DNA of 37,600 nt from Pseudomonadota bacterium. Lineage in GTDB: Bacteria > Desulfobacterota > Desulfobacteria > Desulfobacterales > JBDRRP01. Of the stretch, positions 1-8,323 are shown piece by piece. The stretch spans positions 1-37,600 of the forward strand of contig JBDRRP010000101.1 of the NCBI GenBank assembly GCA_043825735.1, given 5' to 3'. Under the pieces are notes generated by a model. It was not told the origin of the DNA and searched no databases. It saw only the letters and a program-made list of their open reading frames with translations. How positions within the stretch are numbered: the first letter of the stretch is position 1; every line of letters starts with the position of its first letter. The position numbers and the translations under genes were made by a program.

Positions 1-7
1 AAAAACA

Positions 8-112
8 TTTTGGCACGGATTTCACGGATTTCGCTGATAATCGGCCTTCGGCCGGAAAGCAACTGCAAAGAGAATGAACCGCAGATAACGTGGATGAGCG
101 CTGATAAAAATT
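8..112. repeat. Modular intergenic repeat (CACGGAT triad + GGCCTTCGGCC hairpin module), related to 3196-3385
   Basis: TTTTGGCACGGATTTCACGGATTTCGC matches the sequence starting at 3196. GGCCTTCGGCCGGAAAGCAACTGCAA is nearly the reverse complement of 3287-3313. Confidence 0.8.
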
Positions 113-142
113 AACGGCCCCCTGAAAGGACCAAAAGAACCA

Positions 143-475
143 AACGATCCCAACGATCCCAACGATCCCAACGATCCCAACGATCCCAACGATCCAAACG
201 ATCCAAACGATCCAAACGATCCAAACGATCCAAACGATCCTAACGATCCTAACGATCCTAACGATCCCAACGATCCCAACGATCCCAACGATCCCAACGA
301 TCCCAACGATCCCAACGATCCCAACGATCCTAACGATCCTAACGATCCAAACGATCCTAACGATCCTAACGATCCCAACGATCCCAACGATCCCAACGAT
401 CCCAACGATCCCAACGATCCTAACGATCCTAACGATCCTAACGATCCAAACGATCCAAACGCTCCTAACGATCCT
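143..475. repeat. Tandem 9-bp repeat AACGATCC(C/T/A), 37 copies
   Basis: 333 bp of contiguous 9-mers with one AACGCTCCT variant. Two degenerate units lie at 125-142. Confidence 0.97.
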
Positions 476-550
476 AACGCCGCCGCAGACGGCCTGAACG
501 CGCCTCAGGCGCCGAACCCGGAACGCCGCGGAGCGGCAAAAGGAAACACC

Positions 551-1819
551 ATGACCGACACCGCACCTGAGCCCATGTCGTCGGAGAAAGCGGCCATTAT
601 CGATGGCTTCCGCCGCCATGTGAGCGCCGCCAAAGCCGATTTTTGGGTTTCCATCGGTTTGCCGTTTGTTCCGGGTCGCCGGGAAGGCCCCTGGCTCTGG
701 GATGTGGACGGCGCCAAGCGCCTGTTCAATCTGCATACCAACGGCGGCACCTACAATCTGGGCCACCGGCACCCGGAAATCATCCGGGAATTGGTGGCCG
801 CCGCAGGGGAGACCGACATCGGCAACGGTCACCTCATGAGCCGCCCCCGTGCGGCTCTGGCCGCCGCCATCGCTCAATCGATGCCCGGCGATCTGGACAC
901 AACAGTCTTCGGTGTCAGCGGCGGCGAAGCCATAGACCTCGCCATTAAAGTGGCCCGCGCCTTCACCGGAAAACCGGGCATCATATCGGCCCGGGGCGGC
1001 TACCACGGGCATACCGGACTGGCCATGGCCGCCGGAGATGAAAAGTACCGCGCCCCCTTCGGACCTGCGGCGCCCGGATTCTCCCAGATCCCCTTTAACG
1101 ACATCGGTGCCCTGGCGGCCGCTGTGGACAATGATACGGCGGCCGTCCTGCTGGAAACCGTGCCCGCCACCCTCGGCATGCCGATCCCGGATGCCGGCTA
1201 CCTTGCCGGCGTCAGAACGCTGTGCGACAAACACGGGACGCTCTTGATTCTAGACGAGGTGCAAACCGGGCTAGGAAGGACGGGCCGTTTGTGGGGGTTT
1301 ACCCACTTTGATGTCGTGCCGGACATGGTGGTGCTGGGAAAGGGGCTATCGGGGGGGGTCTATCCCATCACCGCCACAGTGCTTCGAAAAAAACTGGAGT
1401 CGGTGTTTCACGCCGACCCCCATATCCACGTGTCCACCTTCGGAGGCGCCGAAATCGGTTGCCGGGTGGCGATGAAAGTACTCGAGATGTCATCCCAACC
1501 CGCGTTTCTGGCCCATGTCCGGTCCCTGGCTGAACGCATCGGAAACGGGTGCCGGAAACTGGCCGGGGCGCATCCGTCGCTGAAGGGGCTTCGCCAACTA
1601 GGGCTTTTTATGGGACTCGAGCTCGCCGATGACTCCTGCGGGCCGCTCCTGAGCCTGGCGGCGTACCGCCATGATCTGCTCATGGTCTACGCCAACAACG
1701 ATCGATCCGTCGCTCAGTTCCTGCCGCCGCTGATCATTTCTCTGGAGCAGGCCGACTGGGTTCTCGACCGCCTGGGCCTGGCCCTCGGCGACCTGGATGC
1801 CATGAGGGGGGTATCATGA
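551..1819 (+). CDS. Class III PLP-dependent aminotransferase (ArgD/PatA/GabT-like)
   Basis: Motifs SGGEA, YHGHT, LILDEVQTGLGRTG, PDMVVLGKGLSGG (PLP lysine) and HVSTFGG. AGGA RBS upstream. Confidence 0.93.
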   Translation: MTDTAPEPMSSEKAAIIDGFRRHVSAAKADFWVSIGLPFVPGRREGPWLWDVDGAKRLFNLHTNGGTYNLGHRHPEIIRELVAAAGETDIGNGHLMSRPRAALAAAIAQSMPGDLDTTVFGVSGGEAIDLAIKVARAFTGKPGIISARGGYHGHTGLAMAAGDEKYRAPFGPAAPGFSQIPFNDIGALAAAVDNDTAAVLLETVPATLGMPIPDAGYLAGVRTLCDKHGTLLILDEVQTGLGRTGRLWGFTHFDVVPDMVVLGKGLSGGVYPITATVLRKKLESVFHADPHIHVSTFGGAEIGCRVAMKVLEMSSQPAFLAHVRSLAERIGNGCRKLAGAHPSLKGLRQLGLFMGLELADDSCGPLLSLAAYRHDLLMVYANNDRSVAQFLPPLIISLEQADWVLDRLGLALGDLDAMRGVS

Positions 1820-1875
1820 AAGAAGGCAATGCGATTATGTATAATGCCCCAGTAGGTCTTTTCCCACAGTGATGT

Positions 1876-2081
1876 TGAATCACGGCGTCATGGAGGGCAT
1901 GGAGGTTTTATAATTCATATCTCCCGCAGAGGCGCAGAGGCGCAGAGGCGCAGAGGCGCAGGGAAAAGCACTCGCGCAATTCAATTTCCAGCAGTTCTCT
2001 GCGTCTCCGCGCCTCTGCGCGAGAACGTCTTTTTGGGTTTAAAAACCTCCGAGTGCTCCGTGAACTCCGTGCTGATCAAAA
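1876..2081. repeat. Nested inverted-triad element: outer CAYGGAG/CTCCGTG arms, inner CGCAGAGG/CTCTGCG arms
   Basis: CGCAGAGG x4-5 at 1925-1963 with inverted copies at 1997-2024, enclosed by the arms at 1881-1909 and 2041-2071. Confidence 0.85.
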
Positions 2082-2152
2082 TGTAACCGGGAAAAAGTGT
2101 CTTTGACGTTACACTTGAGGGTCTTTGAAATCTGGAAAAGGAAATACACCCT

Positions 2153-3094
2153 ATGGATAGTGCCTCGATGCCGCTGGTGATTGACAGGGAACTGCTCATC
2201 CGCTTCGAAGCCGGACTTGACCCCCTGGCGCTGCAGGCATCCGCCATTCCGGCAAAGCTCATCGGGTTCGGTGAGATTTCGGCCATTTTTGTGATCGATG
2301 CCGACCCTCAGGTGGCCTACAAACGCATGCCGCTGTTCGCCACTGCCGAAGCTGCCGAGGCCTACGCCCTAATGCACGAGACCTACTGCCGTCATCTGAA
2401 CGCGGCCGGTCTGCAGCTACCCGCCAGCGCTTCGTGCGTGGTGGCGGTGCCGGGCCGGCCGGTGGTGCTGTATATCGCCCAGCGACGCCTCCCCGAAGAC
2501 ACGCTGGCACATCGCCGGCTCTGGCGTCTGTCAACCGAGGAGTGCGCCGATATGATCGCTACGATCGTGGCGGCGCTCAAAGGCGTGTGGGCGTACAACC
2601 GGCAGATGGCGCCCGATGTGACGCTGGGCATCGACGGGCAACTGTCCAACTGGGCGTTGCCGGACGGCCCCCCGGAAACGTCGCTCGCCTACTTCGACAC
2701 CAGCACGCCGCTGATGCGGATCGGCGGCCGGGAACAACTCGACCCGGAACTGCTGCTCCAAGCGGCACCGGTGTTTCTGAGATGGCTGCTGCGGTGGTGC
2801 TTCGTGGATGACGTGGTCAGCCGCTATTACGACCATCGCGGCGTTCTCGTGGACCTCATTGCCAACCTGTACAAAGAGCAGCGGCCGGATTTGATGCCCA
2901 TGGCGGTAGATACGGTCAACCGCTGCCGGCCGGCGGACATGCCCGCCATCGACTCGGAGGAAATCCGCCGCTACTACCGGCAGGACAGGCTGATCTGGCA
3001 ATTGTTTTTGGCATTTCGAAGACTGGACCGGTGGATGTGCCGCTGGCGGGGCCGTCGCTACGAGTTTATCCTGCCGGGGCACATAAAGCGGTAG
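2153..3094 (+). CDS. Hypothetical protein (DUF6206-like, from recall) with protein-kinase-like motifs
   Basis: 313-aa ORF containing LIGFGEIS, VAYKRM, IDGQLSNW and YFDTSTP. Confidence 0.75.
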   Translation: MDSASMPLVIDRELLIRFEAGLDPLALQASAIPAKLIGFGEISAIFVIDADPQVAYKRMPLFATAEAAEAYALMHETYCRHLNAAGLQLPASASCVVAVPGRPVVLYIAQRRLPEDTLAHRRLWRLSTEECADMIATIVAALKGVWAYNRQMAPDVTLGIDGQLSNWALPDGPPETSLAYFDTSTPLMRIGGREQLDPELLLQAAPVFLRWLLRWCFVDDVVSRYYDHRGVLVDLIANLYKEQRPDLMPMAVDTVNRCRPADMPAIDSEEIRRYYRQDRLIWQLFLAFRRLDRWMCRWRGRRYEFILPGHIKR

Positions 3095-3098
3095 CGAT

Positions 3099-3133
3099 GA
3101 CAGAGGACAGAGGACAGAGGACAGAGGACAGAA
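3099..3133 (+). repeat. Heptamer tandem GACAGAG x5
   Basis: Begins 4 bp after the stop codon and ends in an A-run. Same family as 16584-16709. Confidence 0.9.
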
Positions 3134-3195
3134 AAAAAAACCACAAATTTCCGGGTTGGCACTACGTTATTGGCCCGCCGGTGGCGGGAAAACCT

Positions 3196-3385
3196 TTTTT
3201 GGCACGGATTACACGGATTTCGCGGTAAAAAGTTTAACAGCGCCTTCGGCGCTAAAAACAGGACGATCCGCGCCAAAATAGCAATTGTTGCAGTTGCCCT
3301 CCGGCCGAAGGCCGCACTTTTTATCTGCGTTCATCACCGTTCATCTGCGCCCCATTCCGCAGTTATCCTTCGGCCGCAGGCCACC
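3196..3385. repeat. Modular intergenic repeat with CACGGAT units and TTCG/GAAG mini-hairpins
   Basis: Shares three modules with 8-112. Hairpins AGCGCCTTCGGCGCT and GGCCGAAGGCC. Confidence 0.75.
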
Positions 3386-3390
3386 CGTCA

Positions 3391-4242
3391 TCAGGCTTTC
3401 GTGATCAATCCGGCCACGGTGTCTGCAATGGCCCCAAAGGCCGCCACCACCGGACTTTCCGCGTGCTTGAGTTGCAATGATTCGCCGGCGTCGCCGCAGG
3501 CCACCACCCGGGGGTCAAAGGGAACGCGCCCGAGAAACGGAATTCCCGCCGTCAAGGCCGTGCGCTCACCGCCACCGGTGCCGAAGGGGTCGAGCACCTC
3601 TCCACAGTGAGGGCAGGTATAACCGCTCATGTTCTCAATGACTCCGAAGATTTCTATTTTTACGGTCTTGCAAAAACTGATGGATTTGCGGACATCGGCC
3701 AGTGAAATCTCCTGGGGCGTGGTCACGATGATGGCCTTTGCGTCGGGGATCATCTGCGCCACGGTGAGCGGTTCGTCACCGGTTCCAGGAGGCGCGTCGA
3801 TCACGAGAAAGTCGAGATCACCCCAGTCCACATCACCGATGAACTGCCGAATGGCGGAATACTTGATAGGGCCGCGCCAGATAATGGCGTCATCCTTGCT
3901 CGGGGAAAGGCTTTCGATGGAAATGGCATGGAGGTTTTCCGAATACCGAAGGGGCCCGACCTTATTGTTTGCCGTCATGTCCGGCGCCCCTTCGAGACCG
4001 AGCATCCTGGGTATGTCCGGACCGTGAAGATCCACATCCATGAGCCCCACCCGAAACCCTTTTTCTGCCAGTGCAATGGACAGGTTCACGGACGTGCTGG
4101 ATTTGCCCACGCCCCCCTTGCCGCTCATAACCAGGAGCTTGTGTTTGATCCGGGTCAGTGATTTCTTTACCGAGGCGTCTTTTTCTGCCTGCAGCAGTTT
4201 CTGTTTTTGCGCCTGCGTCATGTTGTCTTGAAGCTCGACCAT
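3391..4242 (-). CDS. mrp: Mrp/NBP35 (ApbC) Fe-S cluster carrier ATPase
   Basis: SGKGGVGKSS, DVDLHGP, IIWRGP, IDAPPGTGDE and ENMS..CPHC motifs. Confidence 0.95.
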   Translation of the reverse strand: MVELQDNMTQAQKQKLLQAEKDASVKKSLTRIKHKLLVMSGKGGVGKSSTSVNLSIALAEKGFRVGLMDVDLHGPDIPRMLGLEGAPDMTANNKVGPLRYSENLHAISIESLSPSKDDAIIWRGPIKYSAIRQFIGDVDWGDLDFLVIDAPPGTGDEPLTVAQMIPDAKAIIVTTPQEISLADVRKSISFCKTVKIEIFGVIENMSGYTCPHCGEVLDPFGTGGGERTALTAGIPFLGRVPFDPRVVACGDAGESLQLKHAESPVVAAFGAIADTVAGLITKA

Positions 4243-4321
4243 CTCTGTAAGACTCCTTTTCCGGTAATACCGATAACGGGTTAATCACAACTTTCAAGAA
4301 AGAGTGCCAGGGCCCATCCGT

Positions 4322-4435
4322 CCCTAACGTTTTTGATCACCACGAAGTTCACGAAGGGCACGAAGATTTTCTAACCTACTCGTTTTATGGTTTTTCTTCG
4401 TGCACTTCGTGTCCTTCGTGGTTCACACTCAGTGC
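4322..4435. repeat. ~110-bp inverted CACGAAG-triad element, copy A
   Basis: (CACGAAGNN)x3, spacer, (CTTCGTGNN)x3. Close reverse complement of 19981-20094. Confidence 0.92.
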
Positions 4436-4476
4436 TGCGGGTTCAATCAACTTGAGTATTTTGTATAAGCAGGTGA

Positions 4477-4902
4477 TTAACCCCCGGCAGCGGTATGTTC
4501 GCGGTGGAATTGATCCCCACCGCAGTCCGGACAGGACTCGGGCCTTCCGGTCCCCTTGGACGCTTCCCACCGGCAGGAACAGACATTGCACAGGAAACGG
4601 CGGCGCTCGTCCACGATCTGGTAGTTGCCACCGTCCACCCGTATGGCCTTTCCGTTGATCAGGGCATCGGCCACAATTCCACGAGCGCGCTGGACAATGC
4701 GTCCAAAGGTGGCACGAGACACGCCCATGCTTTGTCCGGCACTTTCCTGGGAAAGCCCTTCCAGATCCGCAAGGCGAATCGCTTCCCGCTCATCCACAGA
4801 CAGGACGACCTCAGACAGCGCCATCATGGGGATGCCGCGAGGCTTGAAATAGCTGACATCCGGACTGAAGGCCACCAGGCGGTCTTTTTTAGGACGTACC
4901 AT
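4477..4902 (-). CDS. DUF134 family HTH protein with C-terminal Zn ribbon
   Basis: MVRPKKDR..YFKPRGIP..EAIRLADLEGLSQE..MGVSRATF. C-terminal CxxC...CPDC. Confidence 0.9.
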   Translation of the reverse strand: MVRPKKDRLVAFSPDVSYFKPRGIPMMALSEVVLSVDEREAIRLADLEGLSQESAGQSMGVSRATFGRIVQRARGIVADALINGKAIRVDGGNYQIVDERRRFLCNVCSCRWEASKGTGRPESCPDCGGDQFHREHTAAGG

Positions 4903-4944
4903 AGGCTCCTATTTTTTTGAGCATATACTCGTTATATGTGAAGG

Positions 4945-4972
4945 ATAATAACGCCCGTTCCGATGATGTCAA
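4945..4972 (-). promoter_or_regulatory. Putative sigma70 promoter of the DUF134 gene
   Basis: Minus strand reads TTGACA-16 bp-TATTAT. Confidence 0.55.
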
Positions 4973-5065
4973 GGCACCCACCGGTGAATACTCGGGCATG
5001 GCAGGCGCCGGGCGCGATAGACGACGGTACCAACAGTGCTCAGTCTCGGTGGGTGGGCGGAATTG

Positions 5066-5425
5066 TCATTCGTCGGCCTTCAACGACAAAAGGATCTCCT
5101 GAACGACGTGGGTCCGCTGCCCTAATCCGGTGGCAACGGCGCCGTCTAGTTGAAGACTGTCGATCTCGACGCCGATCTGGAAATAGTGCAGCCCGGCTGT
5201 TCCGGCTTCGATGGCCCACTGAATCACACCTCGAATGACGATCGCTTTATCAAGCTCCAGGGTGATGGTGGCGCCGGTTCCGGGGGTCGGGGCTTTGGGC
5301 ATCTCAAAGCGCAGGCCCTCCACACTGATTTCAGTCAGGGTTCCCGGCAAACGACCCACATCGCAGACGATGTTGGCCCCGCAATTGATCTGGTACCGAC
5401 TGTACTGCCGCCGATCTTCGGTCAT
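5066..5425 (-). CDS. PilZ-domain protein
   Basis: RRQYSR (RxxxR) and EISVEG (D/NxSxxG-like). The start was trimmed to ATG 5425 because the longer ORF runs through a repeat. Confidence 0.75.
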   Translation of the reverse strand: MTEDRRQYSRYQINCGANIVCDVGRLPGTLTEISVEGLRFEMPKAPTPGTGATITLELDKAIVIRGVIQWAIEAGTAGLHYFQIGVEIDSLQLDGAVATGLGQRTHVVQEILLSLKADE

Positions 5426-5445
5426 ATTTCTGGCCCTTTCCAACG

Positions 5446-5589
5446 GTGCCCATCCATAAACGGCATCTTTTGGCCCAGAGCGGCGTTTTCGCACTTTTCG
5501 AAATCCTCGAAATAGCACTGCTATTCCTCCGGTTTCGAAAATGCTCAAGCCTTGCTCTGAACCAAAACCTACCATTTCTGGACGGACAC
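5446..5589 (+). mobile_element. MITE/REP-like ~145-bp hairpin element, copy 1
   Basis: Imperfect TIRs GTGCCCATCCA...TGGACGGACAC. Nearly identical to 17954-18096. Confidence 0.85.
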
Positions 5590-5662
5590 TAACTAGGGGA
5601 TCTCTGCTCGCCCGCTACGGCAGTTGCTGCGGTATTGCCAGCCGGTGCCGCTCGCATCATCA

Positions 5663-6490
5663 TCATCGCACGCCGAAAGTCTGAGAAATGACACGGTTCA
5701 TCCGGCCCGTTGCATATCCTTCCATATCCAGCGCCACATAGTCAAAGCCGATCTCGCGCAGTTGCACTACGATGCGCTCACGAGTACCCGGCATCACCAT
5801 TCGATGAAGCTCCCGTGACGCCACTTCGATTCGAGCCACATTGCCGTGGGCCCGAACGCGGCAATGGGTGATACCGATTGAGCGCAACGCTTCCTCTGCC
5901 TGCTCGATCATAGCGAGCGCCGCCGCCGTAATCGGTGTTCCATAGGGTATGCGCGAGGCCAGACAAGCCATGGCCGGACGGTCCCACGTGGGCAGCCCCA
6001 TCTCATGCGACAGTCGCCGGATGTCTTTCTTGCCGAGTCCAGCCGTCACCAGGGGCGCGGCAACACCGAGTTCTTCCGCCGCCTGCATGCCAGGTCTGAA
6101 ATCAGATAAATCGTCCATATTGGCACCGTGTGCCAGCCGCGCAAACCCCTCAGCAGCAGCCAGGTCGATAATATCAGCGAAAACCATTTTTTTACAGATG
6201 TAACAGCGATGAGGCGGATTGGCAACGAGTGCGGCATTGCCCATAACGTCCGGGGTAACAATAACCTGGTTCGCGCCAAGGCCGGCGGCAGTGTCAGCGG
6301 CAAACCGTTTTTCGGCTTCCGGCATCAGTGGCGTATGGGCCGTAATGGCAATGACGCGCGTTCCCAGGACCTGCCGGGCGACTGCCAGCAACAGCGTACT
6401 GTCGACACCACCCGAGTACGCCACGGCCATGGGACCGTCGGCAGCGATGAGTGATTTCAACCTGTCGCATTTTCGGGAAGTCGCATCCAT
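5663..6490 (-). CDS. larE: ATP-dependent sulfur transferase LarE
   Basis: AYSGGVDS PP-loop, RCYICKK, DFRPG, ACLASRIPYG, RVRAHG..ARIEV. An alternative start lies at 6523. Confidence 0.9.
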   Translation of the reverse strand: MDATSRKCDRLKSLIAADGPMAVAYSGGVDSTLLLAVARQVLGTRVIAITAHTPLMPEAEKRFAADTAAGLGANQVIVTPDVMGNAALVANPPHRCYICKKMVFADIIDLAAAEGFARLAHGANMDDLSDFRPGMQAAEELGVAAPLVTAGLGKKDIRRLSHEMGLPTWDRPAMACLASRIPYGTPITAAALAMIEQAEEALRSIGITHCRVRAHGNVARIEVASRELHRMVMPGTRERIVVQLREIGFDYVALDMEGYATGRMNRVISQTFGVR

Positions 6491-6679
6491 TTGCTCGTCT
6501 CCAGCCCCGCCGGCATCGACCATTGATTGCCAATACCTAAAAGCAACAGGAACCTCTTGAAATTACCTTATTTGTCAATCGAGAAAAATGTTTACAAAAG
6601 CATAACTTTCCGTTATGTATTCGATTTAAATACGAAAATGAGTAATACGCCAATTTCAGACGATTTAAAAGGGGATTTT

Positions 6680-8134
6680 ATGGGAAAGGACAGCCTGCTC
6701 AAATCCACTGCAAAAGAAAAGACCGGTTCAAAAAAGGCGGGAGGTAAAAAGAAAAACGCTCCGGCCAAAAAAAATGTCTCCCCAAAGAAGACAGCAGCAA
6801 CCAATAAAACTGCGCCCGGCAAAAAAGCGGCGCCTGAGCAGGCTCCCGTAAAAAAAGCGGCGCCTCAGCAGGCTCCTGCAAAAAAACCGGCATCCCAGCA
6901 GGCCCCTGCGAATAAGGCGGACGTTAAAAAAACTACCGCGAAAGCCTCTCCACCCGCTATCAAGGATCTTCTCGCATTGTCATTCGACGCCTGGTCAACA
7001 CAGGCGCGCCCGGCGCCGAAGGTTCCGTCGGCCCCTTCCAAGGGCTCGGCCCCACCCTTTTTCTCTGGCGTCGACGCTGCCGAAGCGGCCCGCATGGGAA
7101 AGCTGCTCCTTGAAAAATTCGATATGACAGCCATCGAAGCCGCCGGTCGGGCATATGCTAAGAAAATGGCTGCTGCTGAAAAGGCTGCTGCTGAAAAAGC
7201 TGCCGCCGAAAAAGCTGCCGCCGAAAAAGCTGCCGCTGAAAAAGCTGCCGCTGAAAAAGCTGCCGCCGAAAAAGCTGCCGCCGAAAAAGCTGCCGCTGAA
7301 AAAGCGGCCGCCGAAAAAGCTGCCGCCGAAAAAGCTGCCGCCGAAAAAGCTGCCGCCGAAAAAGCTGCTGCTGAAAAAGCTGCTGCTGAAAAAGCTGCCG
7401 CCGAAAAAGTCACCGTCACTTATGAATCCGCTTATGAGAAACCGGGCAAAGCAGCGGCTCCGGTTGACCGATCCGGCCAGATCATGATGGGGGGCATCAT
7501 CGGCGTCATCGGATTGGTCTTTTTGATGCTCATCGGCGCCAGCATCAGCAACACCGGCAAATATTATATAACGCCCGGCGACGGCGCCCTCACCATTTAC
7601 CAGGGAAAGTTCGCGCCCTTGGGCAAAAAGCACCTCATCACCCTTCCTGGAATGGAACTGGCGGCGGAGCTGCGCCCGGTTTATGCCAAAACCGATGTCT
7701 ATCCGTTGATTTTTTCCCACTATCTGGGCAAAGCGGACGCGCTACTGCTCAATACCGGTGGATTCCCTGATTTCGATGGTATCAAGGGATATCTGGACAA
7801 AGCCCTTGCCTATGCAGCGAACAACGACGCCAAGAACGCCGTCTACCGCCGCATCGACGGCATCGATCTGCTGCTCTATCTTTACAAGGCCGACGTTGCC
7901 GCAAGCCGCGGCACCCTTGCCGATTACCAGCAAGCACTATCGCACTTGAACAGTGCCGCAAGCCTGAACCCTGATGCCTCTCAGGTGGATCTCATCGCTC
8001 AGAAAAAGGCCGCCATCGAAGCCACCATCGCTGACCTTGAAGCGGCGGCCACTGAGAAAGCCGCGGCTGAAGAGGCCGCTGCTGCCGAAGCCGCCGCCGC
8101 AGACAAAAACACCGACGAGACCAAAGCCAAATAG
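6680..8134 (+). CDS. Single-pass membrane protein with Lys/Ala/Pro-rich N-terminus, (AAAEK)x16 repeat and helical C-terminal domain
   Basis: AAGGGG RBS before ATG 6680. TM segment IMMGGIIGVIGLVFLMLIGASI. Confidence 0.8.
   Translation: MGKDSLLKSTAKEKTGSKKAGGKKKNAPAKKNVSPKKTAATNKTAPGKKAAPEQAPVKKAAPQQAPAKKPASQQAPANKADVKKTTAKASPPAIKDLLALSFDAWSTQARPAPKVPSAPSKGSAPPFFSGVDAAEAARMGKLLLEKFDMTAIEAAGRAYAKKMAAAEKAAAEKAAAEKAAAEKAAAEKAAAEKAAAEKAAAEKAAAEKAAAEKAAAEKAAAEKAAAEKAAAEKAAAEKAAAEKVTVTYESAYEKPGKAAAPVDRSGQIMMGGIIGVIGLVFLMLIGASISNTGKYYITPGDGALTIYQGKFAPLGKKHLITLPGMELAAELRPVYAKTDVYPLIFSHYLGKADALLLNTGGFPDFDGIKGYLDKALAYAANNDAKNAVYRRIDGIDLLLYLYKADVAASRGTLADYQQALSHLNSAASLNPDASQVDLIAQKKAAIEATIADLEAAATEKAAAEEAAAAEAAAADKNTDETKAK
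7169..7408 (+). repeat. Coding 15-bp tandem repeat GCTGCYGCYGAAAAA x16
   Basis: 240 bp, encodes AAAEK x16. Confidence 0.95.
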
Positions 8135-8169
8135 GTCTCTTGCCGCGCATGGCCTTTCTATCAATCGCG

Positions 8170-8200
8170 GGCCCCGGTCATTGGCCGGGGCCTTTGTTTT
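8170..8200 (+). terminator. Rho-independent terminator
   Basis: GGCCCCGGTCATTGGCCGGGGCC followed by TTTGTTTT. Confidence 0.8.
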
Positions 8201-8323
8201 GCTATTGTCCGATGCTGGCGCGGTCCATGTCGGCTTGACGAACCGACGCCCGTGGCTTAATCTTCCGGCCGTGTCCGGTTATCGTTTGCACCAAACCTTT
8301 TCTCCGGGATTTTTCCTTCGCTC

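Noticed and set aside
22..414. 130-aa (GSL)n ORF
   Set aside because: It is a translation of the 9-bp tandem repeat, with no RBS and no non-repetitive domain.
143..475. CRISPR or telomere-like interpretation
   Set aside because: There are no spacers. It is a simple internal tandem repeat.
1816..1872. 18-codon ORF overlapping the aminotransferase stop (ATGA) with a GGGGG RBS-like run
   Set aside because: Too short to support. It could be a truncated gene start but nothing is recognisable.
5426..5575. N-terminal extensions of the PilZ, RuvC (to 27064), M24 peptidase (from 15208), CYTH (from 18349), DppD (from 12332) and TolQ (to 32468) ORFs
   Set aside because: They run through repeats, promoters or neighbouring genes. 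Downstream starts fit the family N-termini and RBS positions better.
5446..5589. tRNA or known riboswitch
   Set aside because: There is no cloverleaf, T-loop or recognisable aptamer. The sequence is multi-copy, occurs in both orientations and has TIRs.
6680..8134. Calling the AAAEK-repeat protein TolA
   Set aside because: The repeat precedes the TM helix, there is no TolA C-terminal domain, and a positional tolA exists at 30288-31160.
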